Source of the DNA: an uncultured Acidobacteriota bacterium
Lineage (GTDB): Bacteria > Acidobacteriota > Polarisedimenticolia > J045
Direction: 5' to 3'
Length of the DNA: 64,000 nt
Assembly: GCA_963702425.1 (NCBI GenBank)
Contig: CAVPCQ010000035.1
Location: 11,781 to 75,780, forward strand
This document shows positions 51,754 to 62,028 of the stretch, piece after piece. How positions within the stretch are numbered: the first letter of the stretch is position 1; each line of letters opens with the position of its first letter. The notes below the pieces were generated by a model that was not told the DNA's origin, did no database searches, and saw only the letters and a list, made by a program, of their open reading frames with translations. The position numbers and the translations under genes are program-made.

Positions 51754-52775
51754 ATGCGTGCGCTCCGGCTGTTCCTCGCGCTCTCCGTCGTGCTGTGCGC
51801 GGCCCCTTCGGTGCGTGCCGAAGGCGAGCGCTGGCTCGGCTACGGCTGGGAGAAGGTCACCTCCGCGCGCTACCGCGTCGTCACCGCGAGGAATCGGTCA
51901 CGGTCCACGAGGGGAAGAGCACGCCCAGCACGGCGACGATCGAGACCGACCTGCTGCTCCTGCCCGGCGCGCGCAGCGAGAAGGAGACGCTGATCGAGGT
52001 CCGCTTCGAGCGGGTCCGGATCCAGACCGAGCCCCAGGGGCTGGAGGCGGACTCGGATGCGACCGCGAACCCCAAGGGAGGCCCGCTGGCCGGACTCCCC
52101 GGCATCCTCGCGGCCACGCGCGCGACGCCGCTGAGGATCGCGCTCTCGCCGGGTGGCCGGGCGCTCCGGGTGGAGGGGTTGCCGGCCTTCCTCGATGCCG
52201 CGCGATCGGCGCTGCCGGAAGGCCCGAACCGCGACGGGCTGCTGCGCTACCTCCTCCCGGTGTCGGACGCCGACCTGGCGGAACGGATCGCCGCGATCGT
52301 CATGCCGCTCCCGAACAAGGCCGTCGCGCCGGGCACCGCGCTGTCGGTCCGGCTGCCGGTCCCCGGGAGCGCCGAACCGCAGGAAGCGACGGTCACCTTC
52401 GCCGGGGTCGAGACGGTGGACGGACGCGAGGTGCTGCGGATCGTGCGCGCGCTGTCGGCCGAGGCGCTGCCGCCGTCCACCGTGACGCAGGGGGAGCGGA
52501 ACGTCGTCGTCACCACCACCCGCTACGCGACCGACTCGACGCTCCTGCTCTCGCCCGCGCTCGGGATCCCGCTCTCGCAGGTCACGACGACGACCAGCGC
52601 GCAGACCGTCGGCACCGCCGGGGCGGGCGGCACGCCGGCCGGCTCCCTCGTCGAAACCAACCGCACGGTCGAGGCGACGCTCGCGGCGCACGAACCGGCC
52701 GCGGCTACGGCTCCGCCGGACCCGCCGGCCGTCCCGCCCGCCGCGCCGCCCACGCCCCCCGCCCCCCGCGGCTGA
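51754..52775 (+). CDS. Hypothetical exported protein (frameshift near 51890)
   Basis: Signal peptide MRALRLFLALSVVLCAAPSVRA with RBS. The body (IEVRFERVRI, LPNKAVAPG, TFAGVETVDGR) is in another frame. Pro-rich tail. Confidence 0.65.
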
Positions 52776-53688
52776 GCGCCCGGAAGATCCCGAACGGCGT
52801 GTCGGGCGTGTCGCGCGGCCCGTCCATTTCCGGCCGCGCGTAGCGGGCGACCGCGGCGGCGACCAGGCGCGCCCAGATCCAGGCCTGCGCCGCGAACGCC
52901 GCCAGCGCCAGCAGCGTGAAGAGCGCGACCGCGACGCCGCCGAGCGGCTCGCCGCCGCGCCACCCGGCGAGCGCGATCCCCGGCAGCAGCGCCGCGAGCA
53001 GCAGCGCGGCCGCCGGCCCGGCGAGTGCCCGCCCGGGGCGGCGGCGGAAGACGCCCAGGGCCGCGGCGGCGGCACGCCGCGCGCGGCGGCGGCCGTCGGC
53101 GACGACGATCACGCGCGTCCAGAGCGAGAAGGCGGCGACGAGCGCGAGCCAGAGCAGGCTGGCCAGCAGGACCGCCAGCGGGATGGCGACGTCGATCGTG
53201 TACGACCACCAGCCGGCGCGGACGCCGGCGTGGTGCAGCCGCGAGGACAGCCAGCGCAGCGCCGCCACCCCGCCACCTCCCGCGAGCAGCGCGAGGAGCG
53301 CCACGCGCAGTAGCGGCCACAGGTGCGACGGACCGCCGCGGAAGATCGCCGGGAGCAGCCGCGGCCGGTCCCACGGCCCGCGGCGCGGCGCCAGCACGCG
53401 CACCGCACCGGCCAGCAGGAGCTGGTCGAGGATCACTGCCGCGAGAGCACCGGCGGCAAGGCCGCCGGCCCAGGCGGCCCCGGCTTCCATCGCCATGCGA
53501 ACGGCGAGGATCCACGGGAGCGGGCCGTCGCCGTCGACGAAGTAGGGGTTGGCGGCCGGGCCGCCGGACAGGGCCCCGCGCATCAGCAGCCACGCCGGGA
53601 GGGCGCAAAGCACGACGAGCGCGAAGCGCGCGAGCGTCACCCGCAGCGTCCCGTGCGAAGCGGAGCCGGCACCGCGTCTCAGAGCCAT
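52705..53688 (-). CDS. Hypothetical multi-pass membrane protein overlapping the M1 peptidase gene end
   Basis: About 6 hydrophobic helices. Start overlaps the peptidase stop. Confidence 0.7.
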   Translation of the reverse strand: MALRRGAGSASHGTLRVTLARFALVVLCALPAWLLMRGALSGGPAANPYFVDGDGPLPWILAVRMAMEAGAAWAGGLAAGALAAVILDQLLLAGAVRVLAPRRGPWDRPRLLPAIFRGGPSHLWPLLRVALLALLAGGGGVAALRWLSSRLHHAGVRAGWWSYTIDVAIPLAVLLASLLWLALVAAFSLWTRVIVVADGRRRARRAAAAALGVFRRRPGRALAGPAAALLLAALLPGIALAGWRGGEPLGGVAVALFTLLALAAFAAQAWIWARLVAAAVARYARPEMDGPRDTPDTPFGIFRALSRGGRGAWAARRAGRPAGPAEP

Positions 53689-55877
53689 AGCGTCAACGCC
53701 CCCACGGCCCACCCGGCCAGCGCTCCGAACCAGTTGCCCCAGTCGGCCGCGAACCCGGCCTTCGGCTCGACGCGGCGCGCGTCGTTCAGCTCGTTCGGGT
53801 CGATCGCGATCGTCCCCTTCGAATCGACGCGCGCGGAGACGAGCGGCGCGGCGCGCAGGAAACGGTAGCTCCGCCACGGCGAGCGGCCGTCCCAGGCGTC
53901 GGTCACCACCGCGCCGTCGGCGAAGCGGAACTCCAGCTCCACCGGGAGGTACTGCCAGGCCGGGCCGGTGACCCGCACGCGGCTCTCGTGGAGCACCTTC
54001 GGGTCGGCCTCGTACCCCGGCTCGGCGGGGCCGGTTGCCGGTGTCACCCGGCGCCGTACGATGCCACCGGGAGCGGCGCCGTCCGGCCGGATCCAGCCCG
54101 GATCGGCGGTCTCGACGAAGACGGTTCCGTCGGTCTCGACCGCGTCGTCCGGCGCGAGCGCGGCGGCGTGCTCGTCCTGCGTCGCGTGGGTCACCTCGAG
54201 CGTCCCGGCCTTGCCCGGCACGCGTCCGAGCGGCGTCTGCCAGCGCGTCACGCGCGCGCGCTCGATCGCGTAGTCGGGCTGCCGCACCGCGGTGAAGGCC
54301 TCGGCCAGGAACTGGGCCATCGGCTCACCCCCCTCCTCCCGCGCCACGGCCAGGAAGTCCGCGAGCGTCGGGTGGCGGAAGGCCCAGCGCCGGTAGTACT
54401 CGCGGAAGACGCGGTCGATCGGCTCCTGGCCGAAGAGGAGGGCCGCGGTCTCGAGCGTCTGCCCGGTGCGGATGTAGACCTGCAGGGCGAGCGTGCCGGG
54501 GGCGTACAGCCACGACGGCGAGCGCGCGATCGGCTCCCTGATCTTCTGGTCGCCGAAGCCCAGCGCCAGGCGGCCGAATCCGCCGCGGAGCAGCGGGCGG
54601 CCGAAGAGCACGCTCGACGACTCGTCGCCGCCGAACAGCGCCGTCATCGCCCGTTCCTGCCAGTAGGTGGCGAACCCCTCGTCGAGGAAGGCCTCCTCCT
54701 GCTCGTTGGACGCGAGCAAGCCGTAGAAGTACTCGTGCGCGAACTCGTGGACCAGCGTCCCTTCCAGGAACCGCAGCGCGGCGGCCGGGAAACGCAGGTC
54801 GGCGAGGTCGGCGGCATCGCCGGTGAAGAAGGTCGGGTACTCCATCCCGGCGGTCTCCTGCGCCCACGCCGGCGGAAAGACCTCGGTCAGGTGGTCGTAG
54901 GGGTAGGGCCCGATCCCGGCGCCGAGCGTGTCGAGCGCGACCTCGGTCGCGTGGCGCCAGCGCGGAACGAGCGCCTCCAGGCCCTGCGGGAACACGTAGC
55001 GAACGTCGACCGGTGGCCCGCCTCCCTTCGGCGTGTGCCGGCTGGTGGCTTCGGCGAGGCGGGAGCCGGCGACGAGCGCGAAGTCGTGGATCGCGCGCTG
55101 CCGGAAGCGGTGCGCGACGAGGCCGCCGTCGCTCGGTGCGGGCGGGCCGGCCGGCCGGCCCGAGGCCGCGACCAGCCAGCCGGAAGGGACGCGGAAGGTG
55201 ACGTCGAAGTCGGCGAAGTCGGCGAAGAACTCGGTCGTGGAGTGGAACTGCCGCGCCTTCCCCGGGACGCCGATCTTGGGGTACCACTGGCCGACCAGGA
55301 AGAAGTCGCGCGCGCCGCCGGTGCGGGCGATCGGATACGGCAGGCGGGCCTCGAACGCGATCGCCAGCGTCACCGTCTCGCCCGGAGCGAGCGGCGCCGC
55401 GAGCGTCACCTCGGCCAGCGAGCGGTCGAGCGGGTTCCCGTCGTCGGGCTGGATCGGGCGCCAGGCGAGGGGCGTCTCGCGGCCGTCGGGTCCGCGCGCG
55501 ACGATCGACTTCGGCTCGATCCAGCCCCACGGATCGGGCTCCTCGGCGATCAGCTTCTCGACCGCGTCGAAGCGGCCGATCTGCTCCTCGGACAGCCAGG
55601 TCGTGTGCTGGTGCGCGAAGGCGTTCAGGTAGAGGTGCAGCGGAAGCGCCGCGAGCGTCTCGCCGGTGGTGTTGGTCCAGTGGATCTCCTCGGTCCCGGA
55701 GAGCGCGCGCGTCGCCGGGTCGAGGCGGGCGTCGATCCGGTAGGCGATCGAGCAGGGCGGGAGCTCGATCGCGCCCGCGGCGAGCGCGGTGGGGGCAGCG
55801 AGGGCGAGGACGGCGATGCCAGCGATGCTGGCGATCCGGAGCGGCAGCGCGCGGTCGGGAACGGTGCGACGACTCAT
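53679..55877 (-). CDS. M1 family zinc aminopeptidase, exported, with a C-terminal hydrophobic helix
   Basis: YRIDARLDP, HLYLNAF, QWYPK, EFFADF, AGMEYP and HEFAHEYFYG...NE...FLDEG. Confidence 0.93.
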   Translation of the reverse strand: MSRRTVPDRALPLRIASIAGIAVLALAAPTALAAGAIELPPCSIAYRIDARLDPATRALSGTEEIHWTNTTGETLAALPLHLYLNAFAHQHTTWLSEEQIGRFDAVEKLIAEEPDPWGWIEPKSIVARGPDGRETPLAWRPIQPDDGNPLDRSLAEVTLAAPLAPGETVTLAIAFEARLPYPIARTGGARDFFLVGQWYPKIGVPGKARQFHSTTEFFADFADFDVTFRVPSGWLVAASGRPAGPPAPSDGGLVAHRFRQRAIHDFALVAGSRLAEATSRHTPKGGGPPVDVRYVFPQGLEALVPRWRHATEVALDTLGAGIGPYPYDHLTEVFPPAWAQETAGMEYPTFFTGDAADLADLRFPAAALRFLEGTLVHEFAHEYFYGLLASNEQEEAFLDEGFATYWQERAMTALFGGDESSSVLFGRPLLRGGFGRLALGFGDQKIREPIARSPSWLYAPGTLALQVYIRTGQTLETAALLFGQEPIDRVFREYYRRWAFRHPTLADFLAVAREEGGEPMAQFLAEAFTAVRQPDYAIERARVTRWQTPLGRVPGKAGTLEVTHATQDEHAAALAPDDAVETDGTVFVETADPGWIRPDGAAPGGIVRRRVTPATGPAEPGYEADPKVLHESRVRVTGPAWQYLPVELEFRFADGAVVTDAWDGRSPWRSYRFLRAAPLVSARVDSKGTIAIDPNELNDARRVEPKAGFAADWGNWFGALAGWAVGALTLWL

Positions 55878-57079
55878 GCGGGACTCCGTGGCAGCGCGCA
55901 CGCCGCCTCGCCGAGGGCGGCGATCGCGTCGTCGAGCTGCCGGTCGCAGAGGTACGGGGCCGGCCCGAGCCGCAGGGTCCGGTCGCGGAAATCGGTGAAC
56001 ACGCCGCGGGCGCGCAGCGCCGCGCAGAGCGCGCCGGCGCGCGGCGCGCGCAGCGCGAGGAAGCCACCGAGCGCGGCCAGCGGCACGGAGCGGTCGCGGT
56101 CGATCAGCGCAGGATCGAGCCCCAGCCCGTCGAACCCCGCCGCGAGGCGGCCGACCTGCTGCCGGCTGATCGCCCGCAGGCGCTCCGGGTCGAGTCCTTC
56201 GACGTCGAAGAAGTCGAGCACCCGCGCCGCGCGGTAGTGGCTGGTCGGGTCGTAAGTCGCGCCGGCGAAGCGCGCCGCGCCGCGGCCGTAGCTCACCTCG
56301 CCGGAACGGCGGGGCGCGGCCAGCGCGTCGAACTCGGCGAACCACCCGGTGACGGCCGGGCGCAGCGTGGTGCCGGCCGGGAGGCGCAGGAAGGCGTTCC
56401 CTTCCCCGCATTGCAGGTACTTGTAGCCGCCGCCCACGACGAACGCGCCCGACAGCCCTTCCGCAGTGAGGGAGAGCGGCACGACGTTGACCGCGTGGTA
56501 GGCGTCGACCAGCAGCGCCGCGCCGGCGCGCTCGCAGGCGCGGGCCAGCTCCCCCAGCCCGGGAACGATCCGGCCGCTCTCGAAGAGGACGTGCGAGACG
56601 ACGACCAGCGCGGTCCGGTCGTCCACCGCCCGCGCGAGCCGGCCGGCGAGCGTCTCGGGCGGCTCGGCCGGGAGCCGGAGCAGCTCCAGCCCCTCCTCGG
56701 CCAGGCGGTCGAGCTGGCGGCGGGCACTGTGATACTCGCCGTCGGTCGTCACGACGCGCGGCCGATCCCGCAGTGGGAGCGCCGACAGTAACCGGACCAG
56801 CAGCTCGTGCGTGCTGGCGGCCAGCGCGTAGTCGCCCGCCGCGTCGTCGAGCCGCGCGGCGATCCCGCGACGGACCCGCTCCGCCTTGGCGAAGGCCCGG
56901 CTCCACTTCTCGTCGACCCGCTCGGCCGCGTCACGGAAGGCCTCGATCTGACCCTCCAGCGCGACGTCGGGCCAGGCCTGGTGCGAGTGGCCCGTCAGCA
57001 GCAGGCGCTCGGCGACGCGGAACGCGCGGTAGTGCGCGGCCAGCGGATTCGAGTCACGAGGGAATGCGTCGATGACCAT
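55874..57079 (-). CDS. kynU: Kynureninase-like PLP enzyme (class V aminotransferase fold)
   Basis: LLTGHSHQAWPD, VSHVLFE, LVDAYH, GGGYKYLQCGEG, TGWFA and TDFR...LRLGPAPY. Confidence 0.8.
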   Translation of the reverse strand: MVIDAFPRDSNPLAAHYRAFRVAERLLLTGHSHQAWPDVALEGQIEAFRDAAERVDEKWSRAFAKAERVRRGIAARLDDAAGDYALAASTHELLVRLLSALPLRDRPRVVTTDGEYHSARRQLDRLAEEGLELLRLPAEPPETLAGRLARAVDDRTALVVVSHVLFESGRIVPGLGELARACERAGAALLVDAYHAVNVVPLSLTAEGLSGAFVVGGGYKYLQCGEGNAFLRLPAGTTLRPAVTGWFAEFDALAAPRRSGEVSYGRGAARFAGATYDPTSHYRAARVLDFFDVEGLDPERLRAISRQQVGRLAAGFDGLGLDPALIDRDRSVPLAALGGFLALRAPRAGALCAALRARGVFTDFRDRTLRLGPAPYLCDRQLDDAIAALGEAACALPRSPA

Positions 57080-57133
57080 GGGAAGGGGCGTTCCGAGAGG
57101 GCGGGGGCACGCTACGGCATCCCCCTGCCGGGG

Positions 57134-58378
57134 TCAATCGGACCGCTCGCGCGACGTCCCCGGCTTGTCCGCGAGCGCGCGCTTGAGCGCGTCGGCGAGC
57201 GCGCCGCCCGCTCCGGTCGGCTCGGGCGCGGCGAGCTTGGCGCGTTGCGCGTCGTCGAGCGCGGTTCCCTCGAGCGGGTCCATCGAGAGGGAGATCCGGT
57301 GCGCGTCGGGATCGACGGACAGGATCGCGACCTCGACCTCCTGCCCGGGACGCACGACCTCTCCGGGGTGGGTCACGCGCCGGTTGCCGCCCATCGCGCT
57401 GACGTGGACCAGCCCCTCGATCCCCGGCGTCAGCTCGACGAACGCCCCGAACGCGGCGATCCGCGTGACGCGGCCCATCAGCGTGCGCCCGGGGGTGAAG
57501 AGCGCCGCGGCCGTGCGCCACGGATCCTCGCCGACCTGCTTGAGGCTGGCGGCGATCCGCGGCTTCTCCCCCTCGAGATCGATCTCGAGCAGTCGCACCG
57601 TCACGGCCGTTCCCGGAGGCAGTGCCGGGCGCGCGGAATCCTCGCGCGACCAGGCCAGCTCGGCCCGCGGGACCAGCGCGTGGACGCCGGCACCGAGGTC
57701 GACGAAGACGCCGAAGCGCTCGGACCGGACGACCGTCGCCTCGAGGATCTGGCCCTCGTCGAGCCCGGCCAGCAGCGTGGCGCGCGCGGCGGCCTGTTCT
57801 TCGCGCAGCAGGTCGATCCGCGACAGCACGATGTCGCGCCCGCGGACGTCGGTGACCTTGAAGCGCAGCGTGTGCCCGGCGTACTCGGCGAACGGCCGGG
57901 CCTGTCCGAGCTCCATCTGCGAGAACGGGACGAACCCGCGCTGGCCTCCCAGCTCGACCGTGAAGCCGCCCTTGTTCTCGCCCGCGACCTTCCCCTCGAC
58001 CGGCACGCCGCTGCGCCGCGCTTCCTGCAGGCGCTCGAGGTCGAGCGCGCGCGCGGCCAGCGCGTGCGACAGCTCGATCGTGCCGCCCGCGGCGCGCGTC
58101 ACGAGGAACTGGGCCCGGGTGCCGACGCGGAACGCGACCAGCTCCTCGGGCGTCATCCCCTCGAGCGGCATCACGGCTTCGCTGCGCTGGCCCACGTCGA
58201 CCAGCAGGGCCGAGGCGGTGCGCTGCACGACCGTCCCTTCCACGCGGTCGCCGGCGGCGAGCGACGCGAAGCGCTCGCGCCCGGTCTCGGCCAGCAGGCG
58301 CGCGAACTCGTCGCTGTCCCCGGACGCGGGCGGGGGGCCGGCGCTGCCTCGGGACCAGCCGGGTCGGTTCTTCGTCAT
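57134..58378 (-). CDS. S1 RNA-binding domain protein (four S1 repeats, ribosomal protein S1-like)
   Basis: GDRVEGTVV, NKGGF..RGFVPFSQM, FGVFVDLG, FGAFVELTPGIEGLVHVS and RISLS. Confidence 0.88.
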   Translation of the reverse strand: MTKNRPGWSRGSAGPPPASGDSDEFARLLAETGRERFASLAAGDRVEGTVVQRTASALLVDVGQRSEAVMPLEGMTPEELVAFRVGTRAQFLVTRAAGGTIELSHALAARALDLERLQEARRSGVPVEGKVAGENKGGFTVELGGQRGFVPFSQMELGQARPFAEYAGHTLRFKVTDVRGRDIVLSRIDLLREEQAAARATLLAGLDEGQILEATVVRSERFGVFVDLGAGVHALVPRAELAWSREDSARPALPPGTAVTVRLLEIDLEGEKPRIAASLKQVGEDPWRTAAALFTPGRTLMGRVTRIAAFGAFVELTPGIEGLVHVSAMGGNRRVTHPGEVVRPGQEVEVAILSVDPDAHRISLSMDPLEGTALDDAQRAKLAAPEPTGAGGALADALKRALADKPGTSRERSD

Positions 58379-58538
58379 GGCCAGAGTCTGACCCGCTCCG
58401 TGCGCGACGGCCAGCACGGCTCGGGGCCCGCGGCGGTCGCGCTGGCCCGGCCGCGCCGCCCCCGTTGACCCGGCGCTCCCGGCTCGCGCACGATGCGCCC
58501 GCCCGCGGCGGCCCCGCCGCGCGGACCGGGAGCCCACG

Positions 58539-59870
58539 ATGCGTCGTTCCGCCGCCCTCGCGCTGGCCGTCCTGCTCCTCGTACCGCTCGCCCTGCCGAG
58601 CCCGGCAGCCCAGGAAGAGCCTGCCGCCGGCAACCCGCCGGCCGCGTCCGACGAGCCGAAGCCGTCCGCGGAGCCGAAGGAAGCCGACGAGAAGGCCTTC
58701 TCGTGGAACGGGACGCTGAAGATCGCCGGGATGGCGCAGCGCGGGCAGTACTTCGGCTCTCCCGAGCAGCCGAACCCCGACGGAAAGTACCGGTGGAGCG
58801 AAGGGGACCTGCAGCTCGAGGCCCGCTGGCGGCCCGCGGACTGGGTCCGGCTCAACGTCGGGGGCGCGGCCACCTGGACGCTGGGGGACGACGCGTACGG
58901 AACGGGGACGACGACCCAGTTCCTGTTCTATCTCGCCGACCTCGAGTTCCCCGACATCGGCGGCTCGGGCGTGGACGTCACGATCGGCCGGCAGGACATC
59001 TCGATCGGGGACGGCCTCGTGATCGGCGACGGCTTCCGCAGCGAGAAGGCCGCGCTCTGGCTCAACCCGTTCTACTTCTTCGACGCCGTGAAGGTCGACT
59101 GGAACGGTGCGAGCGGCCTGGGCGCGACCGGCTACGCGTTCCTGCTCGACCGGACGACGGGCCAGACCGAGGACGGGTACGCGTGGGGCGCCGAGCTGCG
59201 CTGGCGCAAGGGGGACGAAGGCCCCGAGGTCGGGGTCGACTACGTGGCGCGGCACGACACGAGCCCGGCGGCCAACGACGCCCGCGCCGCGTGGGTCCGG
59301 GGCCACGTTCCCGCCGGTCCGTTCCGCTTCGGCGGCCAGTACGTCTGGGAGTTCGGCACGGTCGGCGGCGCGGACTACGACGCGAGCGCCTGGCAGGCGC
59401 TCGCGCGGTGGAACCTCCCGACCGAGCTCGACAACTACTTCGCGCTCAACTACGCCTTCTTCAGCGGCGACGACCCGGCGACCCCCGAGCAGGAGGGATA
59501 CTTCCCCTGGTACTACGGCGACCAGGACTGGTCGCAGTGGTTCATCGGCGACATCGTCGGCTCGACCCTGAACGACAATACCGACGAGAAGGCGCTCTGG
59601 CTGGAGGCAGCCTGGACTCCGATCGAGCCGCTCCTGCTGCGGGCCTACCTGCACCGGTTCTGGGTCGACACCGGCGCCTACCACGGCGTCCCGGAAGGGG
59701 TCGGCAACGAGTTCGCGGACGAGGTCGACCTGACGTGGGAGTGGACGATCAGCGAGCGCTTCGACCTGTGGGGGATCGTGGGCTGGGCGCGCCCGCTGGA
59801 GGCCGCGAAGGCGGTCTACGGCGACGACACGATCGAGGAGGTCGCGGCGGTCTTCGAGTGGCACTTCTAG
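58539..59870 (+). CDS. Alginate-export (AlgE-like) family outer-membrane beta-barrel
   Basis: Signal peptide, TIGRQDI..GDGLVIGDG, FDAVK, YAFFSGDDPAT, DEVDL and a C-terminal F (FEWHF). Confidence 0.75.
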   Translation: MRRSAALALAVLLLVPLALPSPAAQEEPAAGNPPAASDEPKPSAEPKEADEKAFSWNGTLKIAGMAQRGQYFGSPEQPNPDGKYRWSEGDLQLEARWRPADWVRLNVGGAATWTLGDDAYGTGTTTQFLFYLADLEFPDIGGSGVDVTIGRQDISIGDGLVIGDGFRSEKAALWLNPFYFFDAVKVDWNGASGLGATGYAFLLDRTTGQTEDGYAWGAELRWRKGDEGPEVGVDYVARHDTSPAANDARAAWVRGHVPAGPFRFGGQYVWEFGTVGGADYDASAWQALARWNLPTELDNYFALNYAFFSGDDPATPEQEGYFPWYYGDQDWSQWFIGDIVGSTLNDNTDEKALWLEAAWTPIEPLLLRAYLHRFWVDTGAYHGVPEGVGNEFADEVDLTWEWTISERFDLWGIVGWARPLEAAKAVYGDDTIEEVAAVFEWHF

Positions 59871-59964
59871 CGGCGCCGGCGGCGCTGGACCCGGAGCCCC
59901 CCCCGCCCTAGACTCCCGCCTGCCGCTGCGGTCCCGCCGCGGCCGACCGGAGGGGGCGCCCGCC

Positions 59965-61158
59965 TTGGCCGAGTTCCTCGAGTTCGACAACGTCCACAAG
60001 CACTTCGGCAGGGTCCGCGCTGTGGACGGCGTCTCCCTGTCGATCCGCCGCGGCGAGTTCTTCTCGCTGCTCGGCCCGTCGGGCTGCGGCAAGACGACGC
60101 TGCTCCGGATTCTCGCCGGCTTCGAGCGCCCGGATCAGGGGCGCGTCTTCCTCGACGGCCAGGACATCACCGAGCTCCCGCCCCACAAGCGCAAGGTCAA
60201 CACGATCTTCCAGAACTACGCGCTCTTCCCGCACCTCACGGTGCGCCAGAACATCGGCTTCGGGCTGAAGATCGCGGGCGTCGAACGGACCACGCTCGAG
60301 CGCGAGGTCGACGCCATGCTGGCGCTGATCCAGATGGAGGACCAGGCCGGCAAGTATCCCGACCAGATCAGCGGCGGCCAGAAGCAGCGGGTGGCGATCG
60401 CCCGCGCCCTGATCAAGAAACCGGATGTCCTGCTGCTCGACGAGCCGCTGGCCGCGCTCGACCTGAAGCTGCGGCAGAAGATGCTGATCGAGCTGGACCT
60501 GATCCACGACGAGGTCGGGATCACCTTCGTCTACGTCACGCACGACCAGGGCGAGGCGATGAGCCTGTCCGACCGGATCGCGGTGATGAATCACGGCAAG
60601 GTCGAGCAGCTCGGGACCCCGACCGAGATCTACGAGGCGCCGCGCAGCAGCTTCGTCGCGGCCTTCATCGGCGACACCAACTTCTTCGAGGGGACCGTCG
60701 CCGAGATGGTCGGGCCCGACTACAGCCGACTGGCGATCGACGGCTTCCCCGACGTGGTCGTCTTCAACGACAAGCAGCTCAAGACCGGCGACCTGATCTA
60801 CCTCTCGGTGCGGCCGGAGAAGATCCGGATCTCGCGCGACCGGCCGGAGCAGGGGGTGCACTCGAACGTCGTCCCGGCGCACGTCGAGGACGTGGTCTAC
60901 CTCGGCTCGCACACCAAGTACTGGGCGCGGGTCCAGGACTACCGGATCGCGGTCTACCAGCAGCACAACCGCTTCCTGCTCGACGAGCAGCCGATCCGCT
61001 GGGGCGAGGACGTCTTCCTGCGCTGGCACGCCGACGACGGGTTCATGCTCGAGCGCTACTCCGAGTCCGACGAGCGGCTGATGGGCACGCCGCCCGAGGA
61101 GGTCGGCGAGGCGAACGACGGCGCCGAGAACGTGTCGACCGGGGGCCCGCGTGGCTGA
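59965..61158 (+). CDS. potA: Spermidine/putrescine ABC transporter ATP-binding subunit
   Basis: GPSGCGKTT, NTIFQNYALFPH, SGGQKQR, LLLDEPLAALDLKLR, VTHDQ and a TOBE tail. Confidence 0.93.
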   Translation: MAEFLEFDNVHKHFGRVRAVDGVSLSIRRGEFFSLLGPSGCGKTTLLRILAGFERPDQGRVFLDGQDITELPPHKRKVNTIFQNYALFPHLTVRQNIGFGLKIAGVERTTLEREVDAMLALIQMEDQAGKYPDQISGGQKQRVAIARALIKKPDVLLLDEPLAALDLKLRQKMLIELDLIHDEVGITFVYVTHDQGEAMSLSDRIAVMNHGKVEQLGTPTEIYEAPRSSFVAAFIGDTNFFEGTVAEMVGPDYSRLAIDGFPDVVVFNDKQLKTGDLIYLSVRPEKIRISRDRPEQGVHSNVVPAHVEDVVYLGSHTKYWARVQDYRIAVYQQHNRFLLDEQPIRWGEDVFLRWHADDGFMLERYSESDERLMGTPPEEVGEANDGAENVSTGGPRG

Positions 61159-62028
61159 GGGGCGTCGCGGCCGCGGCGCGGAATGGTCGGTCACGCTGCC
61201 CTCGTTCCTCTGGCTGGTCGTCCTGTTCGTCGTTCCCTCGGTGATCGTGTTCGCGATCGCCTTCAAGCCGGCGACGCCCTACGGCGGGATCGGGAGCGGC
61301 TGGACGCTCGGCACGCTGCGGAGCCTCGGCAACCCGAACTACCCCGCCATCGTCTGGCGCACGATCTGGCTGTCCGCCGTCACCACGGCGGCTGCCTGCT
61401 CTTGGCGGTCCCGATGGGCTACACCATGGCCCGGGCCCCGAAGCGCTGGCAGAACGCGCTGCTGCTCGCGGTGATCATCCCGTTCTGGACGAGCTTCCTC
61501 GTCCGGATCTTCGCCTGGAAGATGCTGCTCCACCCCGAGGGCTTCCTGAAGAGCGCGCTGGTCGCGATCGGCGCGGCCGCGCCGGACAGCCAGCTGCTCT
61601 ACAACTCCTGGGCCGTGCTGCTGGTCCTGATCTACACCGAGCTGCCGTTCGCGATCCTGCCGATCTACGCCGCCGCGGAGAAGTTCGACTTCCGGCTGAT
61701 CGAGGCGGCGCGCGACCTGGGCGCCTCGCCGTTCCGCGCCTTCCGGAGCGTCTTCCTCCCCGGCATCCGGCGCGGCGTCGTGACCGCGATGCTGGTGACC
61801 TTCATCCCGGCCCTCGGCGCCTACGTGGTTCCCGACATCGTCGGCGGCCCGTCGTCGGAGATGATCGGGAACAAGATCGCGCAGCGCACCTTCGTCGACC
61901 GCAACCTGCCGGAGGCGTCGGCCCTCTCCGCGCTCCTGGCGCTCGCCGTCCTGCTCCCGACCTTCGGCGTGCTCGCGCTCAATCGCGGCCGGACGCTGCT
62001 GGCTCCGAAGCCGGAGGACTCGCCGTGA
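61151..62028 (+). CDS. potB: Spermidine/putrescine ABC permease (frameshift near 61395)
   Basis: IIPFWTSFLVR, LPFAILPIY, LIEAARDLGA and FIPALG...MIGNKI. Confidence 0.9.

Noticed and set aside
49794-52775. 993 aa ORF suggesting a radical SAM fused to an exported domain
   Set aside because: The middle is an off-frame Arg-rich reading of the cytochrome c gene. The downstream genes have their own RBS and signal peptides. Indels explain the continuity.
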